Below are positions 50,401-64,000 of a DNA stretch of 64,000 bases, piece by piece. Positions within the stretch are counted from its first letter, which is position 1. Every line of letters begins with the position of its first letter. A program made the translations under genes and the position numbers. Below the pieces are notes generated by a model, which was not told the DNA's origin, searched no databases, and saw nothing but the letters and a program-made list of their open reading frames with translations. Source of the DNA: Bugula neritina (taxonomy: Eukaryota; Animalia; Bryozoa); contig OZ037766.1 in NCBI GenBank assembly GCA_964035545.1, positions 2,914,001-2,978,000 of the forward strand. The letters run 5' to 3'.

Positions 50401-53400
50401 CCCCCAAATCTATTTTTTTAAAATTGGTCAAAAATTAATGCCAGGCCTGCATATTTAATAAACTATGAATCTATATGTATAAATAATGTTTGTGGTTAAA
50501 ATATAAAATAATACCTATTCCAATAGGCTTCACCTTGAGAATAACTTCTTCTGCTATTAGTAACTTAGTGAGAGAAAATTATTTTTTCAAGTAGCAAACT
50601 GTAGAAAGCTTCAGTAACAAAACTTGATAAATAGAACTATTTCAACTACATATTCAACAGCAAACTGTAGAAAACATGTGCTGATTCATTGAGAAAATTG
50701 TAGATGGACTTCCAGACGTATTCATGACTAACAGAACAATACAAATTATTCTAAACTAATGCATACCATCAGAAGTTGCCTGATTAGCTTCAGTAGCACT
50801 GCTGCAGGGCATGCCAGTGAGTGGGGGAGGTCCCTTGGGTTTCCTATACCGTCCCTCACCAGAGTTTTCTTCTGCTTCATACTGAGCTAGCATGTCCAGA
50901 ACTTCGTCTTCCTGTACACAAACCAACAGCATGACTTGATTGTACATAGCAGCACTATTTTCATCTCACAGTAGTCCTTATGTTACCATGGCAATACTTT
51001 TAAAGAATTCCAACAGCTAATATTTTTGGTATTGCTACAAAAGTTGACATTGATAAAAATGGGTCTGGGTTATAAGAGAGTAAAATACCGAAAGTAGTTT
51101 ATTATAAATTATTTTCAATAGAGAATTTAATAATTCAACATTTTCACTCCTTTTCTTGATAAACCTCGTGCAAATAGGTTCTGTCAAAGTAAACTTTCCA
51201 TCAAGACCACATGAGTGTTTTAAATGCAGTTACTGCATACAATGTGTAAAACAAAAAACATTTTTATATCAGTTGCAGCATAAATTGATTAACACATTAT
51301 TTCCTAAATTCATTGACTAACACATCTCCTAACTTTATAAGCCTTTGTTAGGGGTTGCACCCCTGCAACACCCCCCCCCCCCACTACAGTGTAGAGTGTA
51401 CTACTGAGCCAACTATATTTTACATGACCACCAACAAGTTATTTTCTTCCTTACAAGTGTTCATCCTAATCACCACATTTCTATGTGCTCCACACATGCA
51501 GCTGTTACCAAGTTAACACAGATACAATACAGAGCAAATGATATACCTCTGGATACTTTCAGCAGGGCTTTTAGCAAGTCAGATTTAATTTATGACCATG
51601 ACATGTTGTAAAATGATGAGGGTTTGTTTAATCTAGATCACTGTAAAGCCTGGAGAAAGCAAAACTGAGAAAGTAGTTCTGGAATTGGCACCACAAAAAT
51701 TGAAAAGCTGTGAATCAACAGCATTTTTTTTGACTTTTTAAAATTTACTAAAGGTAACCAAAGCCCTGCTAATACCTAGTAACCTTCATGACAGTGTTAC
51801 AGTCATAATTAAATTAAATTGAATTCCCGAATGAGTAAAGCCTTAATATGGAGACATAAATTATACAATTATTAGTGATTAGCAGCTATTACAGAGGTTA
51901 GCTGGTGTGAGCTGCTCTTCTTAACTTTGCACCTTAATTTTTATGACTTCAACCTGCCAGCCTTCAAACGAGGCTAACGCCAGTCTACCATTTAAATATC
52001 AATAAAAACACTTTAAATTTATTTTCTAGCAGTTTCTTTATTGACTCTTAGTTAATAGTTGTGGCAAGTTTTTTATTTAATTAACTAAGATTTGCATTTA
52101 AACAAGCTATTAATGAACTAACTTGCTTTGATTTTCTACTCAAATGATTAATTCTGTTAACAGAGTATGGTGCAAGCCTAAAAGTCCAAAAATAGCACTC
52201 TGTCTTTAGACAAAAAATTTATCTTTATAACTTTCAAGGCAATAAATATCCAATGCCCTTTTTGCTGTCAAAAGAGGAAATTTACACAAAAGTAAAAGAG
52301 AAAGGCACTTGTTAATTTACCCTGTATTTTTTCACATACTGTCTCTCAATTTCCCTGGTGACTGCTCCGTTAGTCTTACCACCAATACTGGTGACTAGAG
52401 TATTGAAAGCACCTAGTAACAACTTTGCATATTTTTCCTGCTGGTATCTGTCCTGAGGAGGAAATATTCTCCGGAACCTTCCACAGTTACGGTCCTCGTA
52501 CTCCGTCTTGGCGTTGTCTCTTCGTATCTTAGCCAACAAGTCTTTCTACAGAAGCAGCATGCTGAATATAGATTACAAGGTGATGCAGGGCTAGACCCCA
52601 GGCTATGGACTGAGTGCCACAGACTATTTAGTCATTCTTCTGTGTTTGTTTGCTAAAATAGGTCAACAGAAAATTAACTGGCTAAGGGGGCTGCTGAAGA
52701 CGATTACTGCAGGACAGAAGTTAGCTTAGCAAAAATTCCACCAAAACAAATTAAGGGAGTAAAAAATTGAAAAAGTGAAATAAAAACTAAATAATTCAGA
52801 TTGAATTTTTTGCGAGGTTAGAGGCTAGATAATTTACATAACAGTGAATAAGAGAAACAAGTGACATGAATAAAACCAGATGAAATCATTTTCTCAGTGC
52901 ATTAATTAATAATTTTATCCGCAATTAGATCATTAAGGTTGATCTAGAGGTGGAATGTTGACACCCACTTATAACTCAAAAAGTACTTTATGCAGAGAAA
53001 CGCAGATCAAAGTATATCAACCTAAACAGACAATAATTGAATTTTTCTTTTACTAATATTTTTGGCCAGTTAAAAAACATCATAGGCAAACAAAACTGTT
53101 TAAATTCTTTTACCATCTTTTTATTTAATTTTTATTCTCTGAAATTGTTTTGAAAAACAAAATCTCAAAAGAGACCTCATCTAACTTGCATTTATAAGAT
53201 AACTAATGCTTCTTCTCATACCACATGCTAATATATTTCCCAGATACCTTTATCTTCATGCTAAATGGATTCAACTCTTTATTGCAGAACGTCTATTGTA
53301 TTATTACATATTAAACTATATCAAGTTAATTTAAATATATATTAAAATATATTACTACATTTTATTGTTCCAAAATATATTATATCTTATCATTGTGTTA

Positions 53401-56400
53401 CATTATTCTATTATTGCATTGTATTATTGTAGTATATCTTTATATTACATAGTAATATATAAAGATGCAGGCTGCTGAATAATAAAAAAAATTGAAAAGT
53501 ATGTCAAGAAATGCATTTTAAGAGCATTTGAACAATTTTAGACTCCTCGCAAGTTGAAACCGGGATAAGGAAAATACTTGGCAACTTCGAACTCTAAAGT
53601 TATGACTGATTAATACCAGGAGGTCAAACAAAATCATAAACACATTGGCATTTAGTCAAAATGTATGATGTAGGTAATGTAGTACCATTGTGTGTTTGTG
53701 TTACGTTGCAGAAATACACCTACATAGGTGAGCTGTATATCTATTTTGTACAAGAGTTAGTCATAGTTTGGCACGGCATCATATATCACCATGTTCAACT
53801 GTTAAATTTATAATCTTATGTAATATATTTATATCATGGCATTCCTAAATGTGTATGTCAGAGGTCCCTGCAGTCTTCAATCATTCGCATCTGTCAACAA
53901 TGCTATGCGCAGGCATTCAAATGACTGTGTGCATAATCATAACAGGGACCAAGTCATGATTTATCTTTACATTCTAACAAAAGATGAGACAAAACTGATG
54001 ATTTTCATTATAATAAATTATCGAGCATCTTCTCAGCTACAGCGAGCAAGTCCCATGTATGGGTGTTAGCTAAAGAGTTATATAATTGATGATTTCTTGA
54101 TTGTTAATTAATATGAGTTCATAAAGATATTTTTAGAAAATTTAACTAAACAAAAAGTATTATTTTTTATTAAAATTAATTTACTAGTCAAAATCTGACA
54201 AGTGACATCTTGTTATGTAACAACTATAAAACCATCAGACATTGAGTCTAACAACCCCATAATTCCCTTTTAAATTCTTTTTTCCTCAAAATACCAGTTG
54301 ACATTTTTTTATAATTTTAAGCCAACGTTTCAATTTACAAGATCTCACTCAATAGAAGTGTATTCGTGCTAAAGTATTTATGTTAATACAAACCAGCTCT
54401 TCTTTTCTCTTGTCTTGGAGGGATTTTCTCTTGTCGTCTGTATCATTGAGTCCAGCTCTCGGTTGCAAAAGGCGACGTTGCGCTGCAGCCTTTTGTGCCG
54501 CCAAGTTCTTTCTTTTATCACTTGCTCTGTTAGTAGATAAGTAAGTATATGAGTATAGTAGGTATATGAGTATAGTAAGTATATGAGTATAGTAAGTATA
54601 TGAGTATAGTAAGTAGATGAGTATAGTTAGTATATGAGTATAGTAAGTATATGAGTATAGTAGGTATATGAGTATAGTAAGTATATGAGTATAGTAAGTA
54701 TATGAGTATAGTAAGTAGATGAGTATAGTTAGTATATGAGTATAGTAAGTAGATGAGTATAGTAAGTATACAAGTATAGTTAGTATATGAGTATAGTAAG
54801 TAGATGAGTATAGTAAGTATATGAGTATAGTAAGTATATGAGTATAGTAAGTATATGAGTATAGTAAGTATATGAGTATAGTAAGTATATGAGTATAGTA
54901 AGTATATGAGTATAGTAAGTATATGAGTATAGTAAGTATGTGAGTATAGTAAGTATATGAGTGTAGTAAGTATATGAGTATATAAGGAAGTATACGAGTA
55001 TAGTAAGTATATGAGTATAGTAAGTATATGAGTATAGTATAGTATATGAGTATAGTAAGTATACGAGTATAGTAAGTATATGAGTATAGTAAGTATATGA
55101 GTATATAAGGAAGTATACGAGTATAGTATAGTATATAAGAACACTCAATTAGCCCAGGAATTTGAAAGTCAGCAGTGAATCATATTCACAGTTCGGCAGC
55201 GTGTATTAGCAGTGTGTATAAACATACGTCATAGGAAAATAGTTGACATTGTATCTAGCAGAATATAGAATAAGTTAAGCAGCATTGAAAGCTGTTAAAT
55301 TATTCTATTAACAGACCAGAATATTGACCCGGAAAGAGTGAGAGTACAGTAAGTAGAGAGTCACTAGTACGACCTTGACCCTTGATGGAGGTTACCTGAT
55401 GTTGACCAACTTGAGGGAATCGGTCAGCAGAGCGGATTTGATGTCGTAGTCTATTTGTTCGTTTGTCCCGAAACTGGGGGAACGGTTGATCTGAAATGCA
55501 GAACAAAGACTATAATTCTGACACTCAACATTATCAAGACTTTTCAGGAAATGTCTTCTACTATTCAGCATTTTTGTCCCAAAACAATTGAAATTAACAG
55601 AATCTATCAATACGCGTAGAGCAGAGAAATAAATTTCATGCCAGTGGAGTGTAAATACATCATAGAAAGTTAAATAGTATATCGCTTGTACATTTCTGTT
55701 TTTTCACATTTTCTTGGTGCACAAACCATTTTATTTGCTAGAATTAGTAGCCCCAACCTTTCCAATGATGTTGAGAGAAAACTTCAAATTCATTATTGCA
55801 TTTATACAATCATAACTAGAATATTCAAGACTTATATACATTAATTTGTATATTTGATTGCCTGGTAAAAATTAAATATGGAAATTGATATTTATTGATA
55901 GCATGTGACAGCTGTAAGATAGAAATGACTTCCATGGAATGAGAATAGATTTAGAAAAACAAAAATAGCCTTAGTTTGTTACACTAAGACACACCTCCAG
56001 TAGCCAAGGCTTCAGCTTACGATCCAGCATGATGTCAAAACCGAGTATTTCAAAACAGACGCTGTCGCTGTTGGGAGTCTGACCGGGACGACACATGCGG
56101 TAGGCGTGATGAACGTGGGGCAGCGCGCAAAGCATCGTCTTGATGATCACGTCTGCAATGTTGGCCCATAGACTGGAGACATCAATGTCATGTCTTCTTA
56201 AATAATCATTGAGGAAGAGGAGAGATCTTTTGCTGCCTGAAGTACAGCCAGACGGGCGTTATTATACAGTGAGTGCACCTGCTGCACATGGTTATGATAA
56301 CAAACAATGCTGTCCATGAGACACACAGACAGACACATGTGTAATCTATATATAATCTGCGTACAGAGAGCTGAAGTTGTTAGCAATAATTAGTGAATCA

Positions 56401-59400
56401 AAATCTGTTTGACGTAAATTCAGGTAATCCAATAGCTGCTGTTTATGCATAATACAAGATGGCTAATTGAATGAGTAAGTTTTCTATGGCAGCGAGGTGA
56501 AAGGTCATGCACATGCAGCAGCACTGGTAGCTGCTAATTATTCACTTTAAATGCCAATAAATAATTGATACAGCACACGGCCGCCTTTCTGCTCATACTT
56601 GAGAAATAAAGTGAAAAAATTTTATTGTTATTTCAACAGAAGTCATAATAACAAAACACAACATAAAAACCTACTTCACGATAATTAGAAAGTGAAAATA
56701 TTTTCTTTTTCAATAATTTGACAGAAATAATGAAAATGACTAAACTAATATATATATCATTTTAGTGTTTTGAGAGAAACCAAACTAAAGTAAAATTAAT
56801 TTGTACCGAACTCCATTTATTTTCCCAAAATATATTCACAGATAAGTGTATATATAACCTGTCTGTCATGACTACTAAATTATTTTATAGGAAACATATC
56901 AGAATAAAATCTAAAATACTAGATAAAATCACAAGAAGGTATCTATACCTGAAGATACAGACTCTCCTTTCTCGTATGTTTCACTGTGTTTGTTGATGGA
57001 ATAGTTCGTTAGATGCATGAATAAAACGTCCTGAAGAAGATAATAACAGACAAATTCTTTCATAAGAACAAATGCTTCTCCCAACGAAATTCAGAGGTAC
57101 ACAACAAAATAAAATTCATTCTTTCAATAATAATATTATATACTGAACATGGTTTGTCACTTTAGCTAGACAAAGCTAAAAAAACCAAACAAATCTGTGT
57201 GAATTTTCACACAACAAAATGTTACTCCAATAGCATATAATGTATATATAGTCTACGAGAATACAATATAGTCTGAGAGAATACAATATAGTCTGAGGGA
57301 ACACATATAGTCTGAGAGAATATAATATAGTCTGAGGGTTTGGGGTTTGGGAGAAGCTACTGAAACTCACCAGGTTTTGGGGTGAAGGGTCCTTGTACTT
57401 CTCTGTGCCCATTCTAACGAGTCCATCATTAAAGAGAAATATTTTGAGAGGGTCGCAGGAGGACACTAGGACGTATATCCTCAAGTCACACTTGAAGTCA
57501 TCTATAAGGAAGGGTCTTTCTAGATACTCCTGTACAACTATGTGCTCGGTGGAAGGGATCTTCTCCACATTGTGGTACAGAGAGATGCTACAAGAAAATA
57601 TGAAATAGTAGGGTATAAAATATATGTTCAGTGAGTTAAAAGACTATTTTTCAATGCCAATAAAAAAATTTAAAAAGAATCTTTTAATTCAGTGAAAATA
57701 TATTTTATGTCCTACATGACTATAGCCGTGGTCTAGGGGTTAGAGCGTTTGCCTAGTAAGCACGAAGTTATGGGTTCGAACCCCGAAGAAGGTGGTGATG
57801 TTAGGAAGGGCATCCAGTCATAATTGCTCCTGTGTCCCAATTGAATAAGTCCTTAGCCCGATTTAACAAAAAAATCCTTCCATCAGGGTCTTCTCACAGG
57901 GATGGCGACTATAAACTTACGTGAGGTTTGTTTTAAATCACAATAATTAAAAGTTAACAGCTCAAACAATCAAATGCCTTAAAAAGAATTTATTCGTTTA
58001 TTTTTTGTACCAAAAATAATGCCAAATGAATTATTCGATCAGCTAATACTGATACAAGTGCAGTAAGTACAGTGAGATTTTAGGACAGTAAGGAAATGTA
58101 CTTTGATCTATCATCATCAGAGAAGGCCCCGTTTTATTGTCTGGCAGCAAATATAGTACAAAATGCCAACAAAGTATTTTATTAAAATAACTTTCAAGAG
58201 ACAATGGAAAGGAGAAATGCTCGTGACACATGATTATATAGTTGACCACACCAACATCCACTGGAAATGTGGTGGCGCGGTTTAAAATAATTTCTTTACT
58301 AATTTTAATTATGATAATTGAAAATTCAAACTAGAAAGACATTCATTAGATAATATATTGAGAGACAGAAAGACACGCTGGAGCCAGTAAAAGCTAGCCA
58401 AATGTCTCTGCACCAACTAATGAACTGGGAGAGAGAGCTCAAAGGGGCTGAAACGTGTTGCATAATACGCTCACTATCCTATATAACTCCAATGACATTG
58501 TGGTCTCACTCCATATGTGCAATGACAATTATCGGTTAGAATTTTAATAAGTAATGCAAATTGTGTAATTAAAATAATATAATTATTTATATACACTTTG
58601 ATAAGTGAGGTTATTGAAGTATGTCACCAGTAATAGCACAAAAACAATAATCTGTTTAGATAAGATGATTTATGACCCAAGTGGAGATGAAATCATTGGA
58701 ACACAGGAGTGGTGAGTGGACAGTAGACACCACTAGAACCACTAAGGGGTGTACCTGCACCACTAGAACCACTAAGGGGGTGTACATGTACCACTACAAC
58801 CACTAAGGGGGTGTACATGTACCACTAGGACCACTTAGGGGGTGTTCCAAGACTACTATAACCACTACTGGGGTATGGTGGTCTACTTATATCAATTACC
58901 AGAAAGTATATAGTAATATTAAATATGCTGTATGTAACAACTAACAATTGTATTAGAGTAATTAATTGTACATTAACACCTCAACTATTAGATGTTACTA
59001 TCAACTACTAAAAACAGCTATTTGAATGTAAAAAGTTACTCAATTTAAACAAATAACAACATAGAAATAAACTATCATAACAAAGAATGCATATACATGC
59101 ATCAAGTCTGAAGTTGAGCAAATATTCAAATTCAAATATGTCAATATCAAACATTAAACCAAGTCCTGAGTTATGTATTTCATATAAATACATAAATTAG
59201 ACTACAATATTTTGACATAAAATTGCGATTAGAAAAAGATGAAGGAATAGAATAAACTTGTGAGTATAAAGAAATCACGCCACATCTACAACATAAAGAT
59301 AACCCACCCATTGCCCATTGCACCGGCAGACGGCTTAGCAATAAAGATTTTCAATTTCTTTTTCTTTTTAAGGTCTTTGCCATAGTTCTGCAAAGCATTG

Positions 59401-62265
59401 TACTCCTGAGGTAGAATCCACGTCTTTGGCACAAAGTTATACTCCTCTGGGTAGAGTTTAGTCATCCTTACAAATGTATCACAAAATGCTTTGAAATAAC
59501 ATTGAAAGAATATAATTTACATGGATAAGACCACTACTACCTCATACAAGCAATTATTGTAAAAGTTACAATTACAATATACAACATCCAATCTATCAAA
59601 GATACCAGAGTTTCGTTTAAATACCACCATCAGCAACTCAACCCTTGTACATGACGCGAACACACTAATCTTGAGACTTATTTGCTAGAAAATAAAAACA
59701 AGCAGCTGCAATTTATTATAATTTTAGAAACCAATTTTTTCAAAAAATATACTTTTGAAAATCATTCATTCATCACTTGAGTAATAAGAAACAAGTGACT
59801 TTTTTAGTCTATGTTATGATCAACTTCTAGAGGGCATTGCCTTACTTCCAATTGACATTGAATTAACAATCTACATTGCAATGAAAAAACACATAGCAAT
59901 CATAATTAAAAAGAAAATAAAGTATCCCAGTCCAGCTTTAGAAAGCTAAGTTTTGTAAAAACTTCAACTGAAATCAATATCCAATTTAAAGTAAACATTG
60001 ACATTCACGATTAAAGTAAAACCAAAAACGGTTGCCATGAATTGATAATGAAGCATCTTTAGGCCACACAACAGTGTGAATATCAACATGCAGTAGATCA
60101 ATATACATAATGGTAATAACCCAGTAGAAATATCAATTTCATTAGTATTTTCCAAGAATTATAAAACCAAATGAACTATTCCATTTAGCTAATAAAATCT
60201 ACTTTCTGTATAATGTTTAGGAATCTCAAATTCTATATTTGAATAAGCATGATTCATGACATAACATGCTAACACTAACATCAGTGGAATCTTACATAAT
60301 GGGAACTGTTGATAAACTTACTAAAAAAACCTCAAACAATGATTGTAAATTACTTGCTACTAAATAAAGACAAATGTTTGGGCTACAACATATACAATCT
60401 ACTCATAACTGATAGAACCCAGATGGTGAACACAAATTCATGAACAATTCTCAGATTTTCAATCAAAACATAAAATATACAATCTCCAGGGCAAGTAACA
60501 GACTGGTAACACAGCCGAGTATAAACTTTTATATTTTTATTTTAAATAAGTTGCCAATGAAATATTTTTCCCAGGAGGCACCCACGTACTCGGTGGTGCC
60601 CGACACAGCGTGCTAGATGTCATAGTGCTCAACTAACCATTTACCCTTTGGATAGTCAAGTGCTCCCATATCAAAGGCCTTACACATACATCATTGTTTA
60701 GCTTCAGTCAGCCAATGTTTATAAACAATAGCATAACTAATAGATGGTTCGACAGCCTTTAGAGAGGCTTTGCGCGATATCAGCATACCATGTGAGAAAA
60801 ATCAACTTGAACAGGAAAAATACAAGACAATTTGTAACTTTAGAGCTTACTTGGCCATGTTACGAGCAAGGCAGTCCTTGCGGCAAATTTCTCCCATGCC
60901 GGGAAAGTGGTTAATCCGCTGAAAACTCTTCATTTCAGAAATTCGTTCCGTCGCGACGTACGTGTCATTCCAGATGAGATACGCCAGGTGATCATCATCA
61001 CGACTCACCGTGTAGCCGAGTTTCTCCACGACCTCTCTCACTGAATAAGCAACAAACTCTAGACATCAATGAGCTAAGCTGCGTCTAGTTTCACATAATT
61101 ACAAATAAAAGAAATGATAAACTTTTAGCTTATATATATAAAATAAACACAGTATACATGCACACTCACTTATATTAAGCTTTTCTTAGTAATACTTATG
61201 GATAGTGAATACTTATACAACAGAGGAGTAACACTGATAAAACTTTCCACCCAATCACAGACACTCTTACAAAACTTACTCACAACATCTCGAGACTTAC
61301 CCACATCGTATCGAGTGCCCTGCAGGTTGACTGTGATTTTACGACGAGATTTCTTAGCGTTTCCTTTCTTTTTCAAAGTAATCTCCTCCTGCTGCTGCCG
61401 AGCATTCATGAGGTTGTGGTGAGTCAGCATGTGGAGATGACTTCGACTCGTTGCCCTGTCACCCCCTTCGTAGTTAAAAACGCTGAGTTGAGATCGGGGC
61501 GATGCCTTCACTTGATTCATATCGACGCTGCCACCAGCATTCTTTACAACTAGTTGCTCATCCTTAGACACTCTGGTGGATAAGGGAAAATTCGAGCTAG
61601 TCTCGGTGGCTAGCGGAGTTTGCTGATGATAGTTTTGTTTGGCGATTTCTGATTGGCTCACTTTACGGTCATGTTCTTGCAGGAGTCTACTTGAACTGCT
61701 GACAGATTCATTCGCGGCAGCTTTCCTATATTCGGCTAGCAGACTTTTATTGTATGAATGCGCATTACTCGTAGGATTCAGGCTACCAGCAACACCGCCA
61801 TTAAGTAAATCATCATCTAAATGTGACTTCCTGTTAGAGGCAGACGGAGAATGTCTATTGGTGTACTCATCCAATAACCGACTTCTATCAGCCAATGAGC
61901 CGGGAGTGTGACGTTCCAGCGATGACCTCAGACTGCTAGGGTAGGCCTGGCTGTACTCGTCAGAACGCCGGGCCAACGGTGACTGAGAGGTTATGTTGCG
62001 ATCTTTTGGACTACCGTTTTGTAACTGGAGTTTGGGTGATTGATACAATGCCTCTTGATAATTGCCTGGAGACCTGTGACTACCCCCTGAGAATAACAAT
62101 AGACTCTGTATTAAATAAAAATTTCAAAATTGAAATATTCAGTTTGCGAGATTAAATTTACATTTTATGCATAATTTTGAAATGAGGCTCACCGTAGTCT
62201 GGTGGGGATGTGGTAAAAGAGGAACCAGAGTCGAGAGATCGCAAATAGCTGGCAGCACTCGGCAT
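41407..62265 (-). CDS. TTLL7: Tubulin polyglutamylase TTLL7, 16 coding exons, about 1058 aa
   Basis: Exons 62265-62193, 62086-61301, 61040-60851, 59466-59308, 57587-57371, 57030-56949, 56236-55995, 55490-55396, 54526-54394, 52545-52321, 50911-50767, 44127-43988, 43479-43261, 43056-42902, 42464-42300, 41557-41407 are all phase-compatible (3177 nt). TTLL7-type motifs: QRINHFPGMGEICRKD, GAMGNGISL, DGLVRMGTEKY, HLTNYSINK, AYRMCRPGQ, EILGFDIMLDRKLKPWLLEINRSPSF. Confidence 0.93.
42535..42892. repeat. 19-bp minisatellite filling most of a TTLL7 intron
   Basis: About 18 TGGTAACACTAGCATTACA-like units beginning about 10 nt from the donor at 42901. Confidence 0.92.
47263..47828. repeat. 23-bp minisatellite in the 6.6-kb TTLL7 intron
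   Basis: About 24 units of CTGCAGTGTATGTATAGTATAGT. Confidence 0.96.
54536..55135. repeat. 17-bp minisatellite abutting a TTLL7 splice acceptor
   Basis: About 35 units of GTAAGTATATGAGTATA, ending about 8 nt from the acceptor AG at 54528-54527. Confidence 0.96.
57240..57337. repeat. Tandem repeat of about 20 bp near a TTLL7 donor
   Basis: About 5 ATATAGTCTGAGAGAATACA-like units, roughly 35 nt into the intron. Confidence 0.8.
57724..57933 (+). mobile_element. Most complete tRNA-derived SINE family A copy
   Basis: Pol III A box TGGTCTAGGGG, B box GGTTCGAACCC, central GATGTTAGGAAGGGCATCCAGTCATAA and a 3' tail; at least four copies in the window in both orientations. Confidence 0.85.
58730..58866. 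repeat. Minisatellite of about 30 bp, mid-intron
   Basis: About 4 CCACTAGAACCACTAAGGGGTGTACATGTA-like units. Confidence 0.85.
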
Positions 62266-64000
62266 CACTCTCTCAACTAAACAGAGTGTAATTACAATTT
62301 AGACTGCAACTCGCCAGCATTTTAATAATACAACTAATTTTCAGTTACAATGAACTACTCACTGTAGTGCGAAAGTAATTACTTAGCAAATATTGAAACT
62401 ATTCAATGTGCTACCAAACTGAAACTCATTAGTATCAATATAGACAAGTAAACATACTATTAAAAGTCTTAACACATTTATGCGCCAACTAATAATTTAG
62501 TTAATACAAAACTGTAAAATATAATATAAAATACAAGTTAATGTTTTAATACACAAAGTTAGTCGAACATATTACAAAATGGCTGCATAACCTGACAACA
62601 GTCCAAAAAAGGGTACAAAAGATGATTCTAAATATTTCTTGTATAAACAATAAACTGATAATAAATAGCAAAACTTTAGGTTTCAAATGATAGGCAAGGG
62701 ACAGTGCGAGTATAAACAATTCAATTTAAAGGCCGAGATAAAATTTCAATGGTGATTTCAACTATGGTCAACACTTTCAGTAGATGTATTCTGCCATTTA
62801 AACAAATTTACTGGTAATATTATAATTATTACTATAATATGTTACTAGCAATGCTACTGCTAGTAACCGCAAGCAAAATGATTACACATTCAGTAATGAT
62901 AATCCTAATAGTAATTACTGTAACTGTTACTACAACTATCAGTATCTTACTCAGTATTACTACTATTGACTAATTCAGCCAAATTAAAATTGACTTTAAG
63001 CGCTATTGAATTAAATTATTATTAAAAATCAATTTATAATTATTATAAATATTAATATTATTTTATTTTATTTATCATATTTATTAAACTAGAAATGATA
63101 GAAATCAAACTAGAACGTACACTTTGGGCTTAAATAAAACAAATGTTAGTATATTGGAGTTGACACTTAAATCATGGGCATTAGCAGTAAAATAGATAGT
63201 CATAGTGAGAGTGATACTGATAGATATCAAGCTTTCACTTGAATTTGGAGTTAGACGAAGTTCGAGTCATGAGTGAGATTTAGATTGCTTTTAATTAATT
63301 AATACGTTTGGCGAGTATTTAACGTCTTTTTGTCAACCATTATTTATAAACACAAATCTTAATTTAAAAAACACAAGTAATTGACACATGGTGTTTAACC
63401 ACATACCACAATTGCAGTCTATAATAAGTATTATTTGCTCAAAATCATTTGAAAAACATTCTCGCCACCATTTTGATTTACTTTTACCACGTGACAACCA
63501 CTACTTAGTAACAAGTTATGGAATATAAATACAACAACAGGTTCGTTTAAACCTATGTTTTTACGATATGGAAATGGGATTGAAAATCACGCACTCACCT
63601 TTCGGCAAATAACATTAGACAATTGTGCAGTAAAAGAGGTTAGCGCGAATTAAAGCGCATGGCATACAGAATCCTTGCAATTTTTATCTTGCAACCACCA
63701 AAATTAATCATTTTCAAATAAAGAACTTGCCTTTGAAGTTCACACTTTGTTAAATTGGTTTCAAAAACGTTTGCCTAATCATATTTCACTTTAGCTGAAG
63801 TATTAGGTATGTAGATATAAAAAATTTCCAAAAGACATTCTACATTGCTATAAAAGACTATTTTTTATAGACTTAATGATACTTTATAATTATAATAAAA
63901 TAGTAATATATATTTATTATCTCGAGTTTAAATATTTATAATAAAGACTGCTGCGGGTAACAAAAGATTTTTGATACTGGTGATGATTCAGTTGAGAGAA

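Overview
AT-rich eukaryotic (invertebrate metazoan, probably lophotrochozoan) genomic DNA with spliced genes. I reconstructed GT-AG exon chains by hand, checking reading-frame phase. In order: (1) the 3' part of a class I/II PLP aminotransferase paralog, then a decayed duplicate of the COX5B last exon; (2) a complete second aminotransferase copy (444 aa); (3) COX5B (-) head-to-head with (4) NDUFAF3 (+); about 10 kb of non-coding DNA; (5) an EGR-family zinc-finger gene with an Ets+CArG serum-response promoter; (6) BIN3; (7) an unrecognised 193-aa gene (-) with an RFX-like site; (8) a 16-exon TTLL7 tubulin polyglutamylase (-). Several tRNA-derived SINE copies and many mini- and microsatellites are present. 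Most notable: unrelated minisatellites repeatedly sit against or contain splice sites, and two of them are built from the U1-like motif ACTTAC. A perfect 90-bp-arm hairpin lies inside a (TA)n tract. The upstream aminotransferase paralog has lost the conserved carboxylate-binding Arg. Six-bp-periodic ACT/AGT tracts mark gene 5' ends. All gene models are manual and lack transcript support.
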